In this document: positions 1 to 4,207 of the stretch, piece by piece | Numbering within the stretch: the first letter of the stretch is position 1 | Layout of the letters: each line of letters opens with the position of its first letter | IMG/VR virus record: IMGVR_UViG_2711768074_000024 | Length of the DNA stretch: 4,207 bases | Source: a virus | Lineage: Duplodnaviria; Heunggongvirae; Uroviricota; Caudoviricetes | Reading direction: 5' to 3' (one strand) | Made by a program: the position numbers and the translations under genes | The notes under the pieces: model-generated | The model's database searches: none | Told to the model about the DNA's origin: nothing | The model's input: the letters and a program-made list of their open reading frames with translations, nothing else

Positions 1-212
1 TTTTTTTACGCACTGCGGTTAATGATTTCATGGATAGCGTCCACCATATTTGGTGTCCACTATTCTCTCAGGAATTTCAGGATCTGCCAGACGGTGCTGA
101 GACGACGCTTACCTTTGGAATGGGCCTTTGAGGATACCAGTTAGTGCTGGCGAGCCTCGGTGGGCTGGTTTCCTATGCGGCAAAGGTTCATTTCAAAGAA
201 GCAGGCAACGCC

Positions 213-761
213 ATGAATGAATTAATTGCGAATCATGACTTCGACTTTCGCCAGTTAGTTACCGCAGCAGAAGGTCAACCGGTAACTGACACCTTCCAGA
301 TTGCCAGGGCATTTGGTAAACGCCATCAGCATGTGATTAGGGCTATTAAATGTTTGAGATGTTCTGAGGAATTCTCGACAACCCATTTTTGGGCCGTCGA
401 GAAAATCAATGACTTAGGTATTTTTGACAAGAAACAGATTTACTACCGCATGGACTTTAGTGGCTTCGTTATGCTGGTTATGGGATTTAACGGGGCAAAA
501 GCCGATGCTGTTAAAGAAGCCTATATCAATGCGTTTAACTGGATGTCAGCAGAACTCCGTAAGTACAGCGAAAGTTATGAAGCAGAACGTAACGCCGTAA
601 TGCTGGAGTACATGAAAGAGAAGGATGTCGCCAGCATGTCAGGCCGTCTGCTCAATCGCTGGGGGAGAACGAAAAAACCTCAATTGCTTGCAAAGCTGGA
701 ACGTCTGGAGAGACAGGGACAGTTTTTATTACCGGGATTCGATAAAGGTATTCAAGCCTGA
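213..761 (+). CDS. rha: Rha-family phage regulatory protein (Phage_pRha-like N-terminal domain with a C-terminal charged, probably helical, extension)
   Basis: The ORF 144..761 translation contains the motif QPVTDTFQIARAFGKRHQHVIRAIKCL followed by FWAVEKINDLGIFDKKQIYYRMDFSGFVMLVMGFNGAKA, which is characteristic of Rha/antirepressor-like proteins (FGKRH..V.R.I core). Start is uncertain: ATG at 213 (MNELIANHDF...) puts the Rha domain at the usual N-terminal position; the ORF track start is GTG at 144, preceded by GAGGA at 130-134. Stop TGA at 759-761. Confidence 0.75.
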   Translation: MNELIANHDFDFRQLVTAAEGQPVTDTFQIARAFGKRHQHVIRAIKCLRCSEEFSTTHFWAVEKINDLGIFDKKQIYYRMDFSGFVMLVMGFNGAKADAVKEAYINAFNWMSAELRKYSESYEAERNAVMLEYMKEKDVASMSGRLLNRWGRTKKPQLLAKLERLERQGQFLLPGFDKGIQA

Positions 762-786
762 CACATTATGCGCTGTATCGTCGCCG

Positions 787-851
787 TATTCCCGCATTAA
801 CCATGACCGTAGCCCGACGGGGAATTCCTTCTGCGTGAGTGTGCGGGAATA
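787..851. other. Perfect 10-bp inverted repeat (TATTCCCGCA at 787-796, TGCGGGAATA at 842-851) around a 45-nt loop with a smaller internal CCCG..CGGG hairpin; potential structured DNA/RNA element
   Basis: Read directly from the sequence. It sits 26 nt after the rha stop and about 100 nt beyond the 3' end of the minus-strand RHH gene. No U-tract follows on either strand, so it is not a classic intrinsic terminator. Confidence 0.45.
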
Positions 852-948
852 ATCAAAAACGATGCACACCGGGTTTTACTGTGCTGACAGACGCAGGGTT
901 ACCCTCATAGTCGCTTTTCCGGTGCGATGGTGGAAGAAACCGGGATGT

Positions 949-1143
949 TCATCCATCATCACTTTGGATTGATGTATATGCTCTCTTTTCTGACGTTAGT
1001 CTCCGACGGCAGGCTTCAATGACCCAGGCTGAGAAATTCCCAGACCCTTTTTGCTCAAGATCGATGTTAATTTGTTCAATCATTTGGTTAGGAAAGCGGA
1101 TGTTGCGGGTTGTTTTTCTGCGGGTTCTGTTCTTCGTTGACAT
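949..1143 (-). CDS. Small ribbon-helix-helix-like DNA-binding protein, YlcI/YnfO (DUF3950)-like, as found next to cos in lambdoid prophages
   Basis: 64-aa ORF MSTKNRTRRKTTRNIRFPNQMIEQINIDLEQKGSGNFSAWVIEACRRRL... has a basic N-terminal tail, then a beta-strand/helix/G-x-S-x-N loop/helix pattern typical of RHH (Arc/MetJ/CopG) folds. The position immediately upstream of cos and antisense to the late genes matches ylcI (DLP12) and ynfO (Qin) in E. coli K-12, as I recall them. ATG is the complement of 1141-1143; stop is the complement of 949-951. Confidence 0.6.
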   Translation of the reverse strand: MSTKNRTRRKTTRNIRFPNQMIEQINIDLEQKGSGNFSAWVIEACRRRLTSEKRAYTSIQSDDG

Positions 1144-1291
1144 GAGGTTGCCCCGTATTCAGTGTCGCTGATTTGTATTGTCTGAAGTTGTTTTTACGTT
1201 AAGTTGATGCAGATCAATTAATACGATACCTGCGTCATAATTAATTATTTGACGTGGTTTGATGGCGTAGATGCACGTTGTGACATGTAGA

Positions 1292-1306
1292 TGATAATTA
1301 TTATCA
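1292..1306. repeat. Near-perfect 15-bp palindrome TGATAA-TTA-TTATCA just upstream of the cosQ/cosN region
   Basis: Read directly from the sequence: 6-bp arms TGATAA/TTATCA with a 3-bp spacer. Confidence 0.5.
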
Positions 1307-1307
1307 T

Positions 1308-1342
1308 TTTGCGGGTCCTTTCCGGCGATCCGACAGGTTACG
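1308..1342 (+). promoter_or_regulatory. cosQ-containing segment of the cohesive-end site (the right-end side of cosN)
   Basis: TTTGCGGGTCCTTTCCGGCGATCCGACAGGTTACG directly precedes the cosN 12-mer and matches the terminal sequence of the lambda right end as recalled, apart from one or two substitutions. The exact cosQ boundaries are not resolved here. Confidence 0.45.
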
Positions 1343-1354
1343 GGGCGGCGACCT
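1343..1354 (+). other. cosN: cosN: the 12-nt cohesive-end sequence GGGCGGCGACCT, with the top-strand nick predicted between 1342 and 1343 and the bottom-strand nick between 1354 and 1355
   Basis: Exact match to the canonical lambda 5' cohesive end. The downstream flank CGCGGGTTTTCGCTATTTATGAAAATTTTCCGG (1355-1387) matches the start of the lambda genome as recalled. cosN lies 195 nt upstream of the small terminase start, close to the lambda spacing. Confidence 0.85.
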
Positions 1355-1391
1355 CGCGGGTTTTCGCTATTTATGAAAATTTTCCGGGATC

Positions 1392-1401
1392 CATGTCCGG
1401 T
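1392..1401 (-). repeat. R-like repeat, inverted copy (CATGTCCGGT, reverse complement of ACCGGACATG)
   Basis: Direct sequence match. The extended 12-mer AAACCGGACATG is shared with the copy at 1478-1490. Confidence 0.55.
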
Positions 1402-1450
1402 TTCTCTGCAAGTTAACTATATGAAAAATATAAAAACAGGCTGTCCGTGA

Positions 1451-1460
1451 ACCGGACATG
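1451..1460 (+). repeat. R-like repeat, direct copy ACCGGACATG
   Basis: Direct sequence match. Confidence 0.55.
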
Positions 1461-1468
1461 TGCAAAAA

Positions 1469-1477
1469 ACGGACATG
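1469..1477 (+). repeat. R-like repeat, degenerate direct copy ACGGACATG (one C missing)
   Basis: Direct sequence match to the CGGACATG core. Confidence 0.45.
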
Positions 1478-1480
1478 TAA

Positions 1481-1490
1481 ACCGGACATG
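1481..1490 (+). repeat. R-like repeat, direct copy ACCGGACATG, followed by the palindrome ACCGGT
   Basis: Direct sequence match; starts 30 bp after the copy at 1451. Confidence 0.55.
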
Positions 1491-1537
1491 ACCGGTTTTG
1501 TTGTGATTGTGAGGTGAGAGTTTTTGCGAGGTGAGGA

Positions 1538-2047
1538 GTGGCTACGCAGACTGAAGTTGCCAGGCATTTAAGTCTGACCGATCGCCAGCTTCGCAGATTG
1601 CAGAAATTGCCGGGTGCCCCGATATCGAATAAGCGAGGGCAACTGGATCTGGATGCCTGGCGCGATTTTTACATATCGTATCTGAGGAGAAGTAAAAACG
1701 ATGTGCCTGATGGCGATAGCGAAGACGACTATGAGGAGAAATTGCTTATTGCCAGATGGGAACTGACAGCAGAACAGGCTGTTACACAGCAGTTAAAAAA
1801 TGAGGTGTCAAAAGGAAAACTTATTGACACCGGGTTCTGTATTTTTGCCCTCAGTAAGCTGGCAATGGCGTTATCCAGTACGCTTGATTCCATCCCTTTA
1901 TCCATGCAGCGACAGTTTCCTGATTTAACACCGCGCCATCTTGACCATCTGAAAACCCTTATTGCGAAGGGGGCAAATCAGTGTGCGCGGGCAGGGGATA
2001 AATTACCGGATTTACTCGATGAATATATCAGAGCAACAACTGAATAA
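1538..2047 (+). CDS. nu1: Terminase small subunit (lambda Nu1 homolog) with a diverged N-terminal DNA-binding domain
   Basis: The C-terminal two-thirds (…TGFCIFALSKLAMALSSTLDSIPLSMQRQFPDLTPRHLDHLK…LPDLLDEYI…) aligns with the lambda Nu1 C-terminal region as recalled (…TAFCTFVLSRIAGEIASILDGLPLSVQRRFPELENRHVDFLK…). The N-terminal roughly 50 aa is HTH-like but differs from lambda. First gene after cos, overlapping the large-subunit start. GTG start at 1538 with AGGTGA/GAGG just upstream; in-frame stop at 1532-1534 rules out a longer N-terminus. Stop TAA at 2045-2047. Confidence 0.85.
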   Translation: MATQTEVARHLSLTDRQLRRLQKLPGAPISNKRGQLDLDAWRDFYISYLRRSKNDVPDGDSEDDYEEKLLIARWELTAEQAVTQQLKNEVSKGKLIDTGFCIFALSKLAMALSSTLDSIPLSMQRQFPDLTPRHLDHLKTLIAKGANQCARAGDKLPDLLDEYIRATTE

Positions 2048-3947
2048 TATGATGGCTGCCGTTTCGGTTGCGCTGCAGCCTCTGGTCAGGGTTGTACCAA
2101 TGACGGCAGTTGAATGGGCTGATCAAAATTATTATCTGCCTAAAGAATCTTCATATGGTGAGGGAGAATGGAAAACGCTGCCATTCCAGATCGCCATTAT
2201 GAACTGTATGGGTAACGACCAGGTTCGCACGGTTAACCTGATTAAATCTGCCCGTGTTGGCTATACAAAGATGTTGCTGGGGGTGGTCGGGTATTTTATT
2301 GAGCATAAATCCCGAAACAGTCTGCTTTTTCAGCCCACGGATTCTGCCGCTGAAGATTTTATGAAGTCTCACGTGGAGGCGACGATTCGGAACGTGCCAT
2401 GCCTGAAAGACCTTTCCCCATGGCTGGGTCGTAAACATCGTGACAATACTCTCACGCTGAAACGCTTTTCATCGGGCGTCGGTTTCTGGTGCCTGGGCGG
2501 CGCTGCCGCCAAAAACTACCGTGAAAAATCCGTGGACGTGGTCTGCTATGACGAACTTTCCTCGTTCGAGCCGGATGTCGAAAAAGAGGGCTCGCCAACC
2601 CTGCTGGGGGATAAGCGTATTGAGGGGTCGGTGTGGCCAAAATCCATTCGCGGCTCGACGCCTAAAATCAAAGGCACCTGCCAGATCGAAAAAGCCGCTA
2701 ACGAGTCGGCGCATTTTATGCGTTTTTATGTGCCCTGCCCGCACTGTGGGGAGGAGCAGTATCTGAAATTTGGCGATGAGTCCACGCCTTTTGGGCTTAA
2801 ATGGGAGAAGGACAGCCCTGAAAGTGTTTTCTACCTCTGTGAACATCATGGCTGCGTGATCCATCAGTCTGAGCTTGACCAGAGCAACGGGCGGTGGATC
2901 TGTGAAAACACGGGCATGTGGACCCGTGACGGTCTGACGTTTTTCAGCGCCCGGGGTGATGAAATTCCGCCGCCGCGCTCCATCATGTTCCATATCTGGA
3001 CGGCGTACAGTCCGTTCACCACCTGGGTACAGATTGTCTATGACTGGCTGGATGCACTGAAAGATCCCAACGGCCTGAAAACCTTTGTGAACACCACGCT
3101 GGGCGAGACCTGGGAAGAGGCCGTGGGCGAAAAACTCGATCACCAGGTACTGATGGATAAGGTGGTGCGTTACACGGCGGCGGTGCCTGCCCGGGTGGTT
3201 TATCTGACGGCGGGCATTGACTCGCAGCGAAACCGTTTTGAGATGTATGTCTGGGGATGGGCTCCGGGAGAGGAAGCCTTTCTGGTGGATAAAATCATCA
3301 TTATGGGGCGTCCTGATGAGGAAGAGACGCTGTTACGTGTGGATGCGGCGATCAACAAAAAATACCGCCATGCGGATGGCACCGAAATGACTATTTCCCG
3401 TGTCTGCTGGGACACCGGGGGGATCGATGGTGAAATTGTTTATCAGAGATCAAAAAAACACGGTGTTTTCCGGGTGCTGCCGGTAAAAGGCGCATCTGTC
3501 TATGGCAAGCCGGTGATCACCATGCCAAAAACCCGCAATCAGCGGGGCGTGTATCTGTGTGAAGTGGGAACGGATACCGCAAAAGAAATTCTCTATGCCC
3601 GTATGAAAGCCGATCCCACGCCTGCGGATGAAGCCACGTCGTATGCCATCCGTTTTCCTGATGATCCGGAGATTTTTTCGCAGACAGAGGCGCAGCAACT
3701 GGTGGCGGAAGAGCTGGTGGAGAAGTGGGAAAAAGGAAAGATGCGTCTGCTGTGGGATAACAAAAAGCGGCGTAACGAAGCGCTGGACTGCCTGGTGTAT
3801 GCCTACGCGGCATTACGTGTGTCCGTGCAACGCTGGCAGCTTGATCTGGCTGTACTGGCAAAATCCCGGGAAGAAGAGACGACCCGGCCAACCCTGAAAG
3901 AACTGGCAGCGAAGCTGTCCGGAGGAGTGAATGGTTACAGTCGCTGA
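2019..3947 (+). CDS. A: Terminase large subunit (lambda gpA homolog; packaging ATPase and cos endonuclease), 642 aa
   Basis: Collinear with lambda gpA as recalled, from the N-terminus (MNIS…TAVEWADQNYYLPKESSYGEGEWKTLPFQ…) to the C-terminus (…KKRRNEALDC…RWQLDL…). Conserved KSARVGYTK (K76-K84, nt 2244-2270) and CYDELSSF (D178/E179, nt 2550-2555), plus HFMRFYVPCPHCGEEQYLKFGD, VNTTLGETWEE and KGASVYGKP. Start ATG at 2019 chosen by homology (MNIS N-terminus) rather than the ORF-track ATG at 1962; it lies inside the 3' end of nu1. Stop TGA at 3945-3947. Confidence 0.95.
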   Translation: MNISEQQLNNMMAAVSVALQPLVRVVPMTAVEWADQNYYLPKESSYGEGEWKTLPFQIAIMNCMGNDQVRTVNLIKSARVGYTKMLLGVVGYFIEHKSRNSLLFQPTDSAAEDFMKSHVEATIRNVPCLKDLSPWLGRKHRDNTLTLKRFSSGVGFWCLGGAAAKNYREKSVDVVCYDELSSFEPDVEKEGSPTLLGDKRIEGSVWPKSIRGSTPKIKGTCQIEKAANESAHFMRFYVPCPHCGEEQYLKFGDESTPFGLKWEKDSPESVFYLCEHHGCVIHQSELDQSNGRWICENTGMWTRDGLTFFSARGDEIPPPRSIMFHIWTAYSPFTTWVQIVYDWLDALKDPNGLKTFVNTTLGETWEEAVGEKLDHQVLMDKVVRYTAAVPARVVYLTAGIDSQRNRFEMYVWGWAPGEEAFLVDKIIIMGRPDEEETLLRVDAAINKKYRHADGTEMTISRVCWDTGGIDGEIVYQRSKKHGVFRVLPVKGASVYGKPVITMPKTRNQRGVYLCEVGTDTAKEILYARMKADPTPADEATSYAIRFPDDPEIFSQTEAQQLVAEELVEKWEKGKMRLLWDNKKRRNEALDCLVYAYAALRVSVQRWQLDLAVLAKSREEETTRPTLKELAAKLSGGVNGYSR

Positions 3948-4137
3948 ACTGCAGGCGCTGCGTCAGGCGCGCCTTGATTTATTAACCGGTAAACGGGTGG
4001 TGTCTGTCCAGAAAGATGGTCGCAGAATTGAATATACGGCGGCTTCTCTGGATGAGCTTAACCGGGCGATCAATGATGCGGAGTCGGTACTGGGGACAAC
4101 CCGACGTCGCCGTCGTCCGCTGGGAGTGAGGTTATGA
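3931..4137 (+). CDS. W: Head completion / head-tail joining protein gpW homolog (68 aa)
   Basis: MVTVAELQALRQARLDLLTGKRVVSVQKDGRRIEYTAASLDEL…RRRRPLGVRL matches lambda gpW in length and sequence as recalled (…[27 protein letters not shown]…). GGAGGAG at 3921-3927 precedes ATG 3931. Overlaps the end of A by 17 nt. Confidence 0.9.
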   Translation: MVTVAELQALRQARLDLLTGKRVVSVQKDGRRIEYTAASLDELNRAINDAESVLGTTRRRRRPLGVRL

Positions 4138-4207
4138 AACGAACGCCTGTCCTGATTGATGTGAACGGCGTTCCGCTTCGTGAGAGTCTCAGCTACAACG
4201 GGGGCGG
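4134..4207 (+). CDS. B: Portal protein gpB homolog, N-terminal fragment (continues past the window end)
   Basis: ATG at 4134 overlaps the W stop (ATGA). Translation MKRTPVLIDVNGVPLRESLSYNGG resembles the lambda gpB N-terminus (MKTPTIP…SLREYAGYHGGG) as recalled. GAGG at 4127-4130 lies upstream. Expected gene order Nu1-A-W-B. Confidence 0.75.
   Translation, partial: MKRTPVLIDVNGVPLRESLSYNGG

Larger units (their letters stand above)
1388..1500 (+). promoter_or_regulatory. cosB: cosB-like terminase small-subunit binding region: one inverted and three direct CGGACATG-core repeats flanking an AT-rich spacer (possible IHF/bend site)
   Basis: Lies between cosN and the small terminase gene, where lambda has cosB (R3-I1-R2-R1). 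The sequence departs from lambda here and carries the repeats listed as separate features. No IHF consensus (WATCAANNNNTTR) was found in the spacer 1402-1440. Confidence 0.5.

Noticed and set aside
1-31. Possible 5' end of a minus-strand gene running off the window start (ATG as complement of 29-31, MKSLTAVRKK…, GGTGGA about 7 nt upstream), and a 40-codon + ORF at 22-143
   Set aside because: Only about 10 codons are inside the window and there is no recognisable motif. The + ORF is short and has no good ribosome-binding site. Neither can be supported without more upstream sequence.
787-851. The inverted repeat as a Rho-independent terminator for rha or for the RHH gene
   Set aside because: Neither strand has a U-rich tract immediately 3' of the stem, and the 45-nt loop is much larger than in typical intrinsic terminators.
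625-852. 75-aa + strand ORF overlapping the 3' end of rha and the hairpin
   Set aside because: It overlaps a well-supported gene in another frame, extends through the noncoding inverted repeat, and shows no recognisable protein features.
1402-1440. AT-rich spacer as a defined IHF site or as a promoter for nu1
   Set aside because: No match to the IHF consensus WATCAANNNNTTR was found on either strand, and no convincing -35/-10 pair with proper spacing. It is kept only as a possible bend region within cosB. Late genes in lambdoid phages are normally read through from the upstream late promoter.
1367-1567. 66-aa minus-strand ORF spanning cosB and the nu1 start
   Set aside because: It lies across the cos regulatory repeats and the small terminase ribosome-binding site and start; it is a chance ORF in a region constrained as a DNA site.
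1962-2018. ORF-track start of the large terminase at ATG 1962 (MRRGQISVRGQGINYRIYS…)
   Set aside because: The conserved gpA N-terminus begins MNIS… at ATG 2019. The upstream 19 codons lie inside nu1 in another frame and have no counterpart in lambda gpA; they are most likely just open reading frame upstream of the real start.
2151-3897. Antisense and alternate-frame ORFs inside the large terminase gene (2151-2438, 2452-2640, 2469-3143, 2521-2766, 3200-3415, 3450-3698, 3517-3891, 3628-3897)
   Set aside because: All are embedded in a strongly homology-supported CDS. Their translations are low-complexity and Arg/Pro-rich, typical of shadow ORFs in GC-rich coding sequence.
1-4207. CRISPR arrays, tRNA/rRNA genes, insertion sequences or integrase/att sites
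   Set aside because: No regularly spaced repeat-spacer array, no tRNA-like cloverleaf, and no transposase or integrase ORF was seen. The only repeats are the short cosB elements and local palindromes.

Overview
This window is the cos/packaging junction of a lambda-like (lambdoid) phage genome in a contiguous form (integrated prophage, circular or concatemeric DNA), most likely from an enterobacterial host. From left to right it holds a Rha-family regulatory protein gene (+), a conserved hairpin-bearing noncoding stretch, a small ribbon-helix-helix (YlcI/YnfO-like) gene on the minus strand, a complete cohesive-end site, and then the head-gene block: terminase small subunit (Nu1-like), terminase large subunit (gpA-like), gpW, and the first codons of portal gpB. 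The cos site combines a lambda-type cosQ/cosN (12-nt GGGCGGCGACCT at 1343-1354) with a cosB region that is not lambda-like, built from CGGACATG-core repeats. The small terminase subunit shows the matching pattern: a diverged N-terminal DNA-binding domain on a conserved lambda-like C-terminal domain. This implies a lambda-type cleavage chemistry with a distinct packaging recognition specificity. All calls rest on reading the sequence and ORF translations and on recalled family knowledge; no searches were run. Comparisons to lambda sequence are from memory and need alignment to confirm. No tRNA, rRNA, CRISPR array or transposase was seen.
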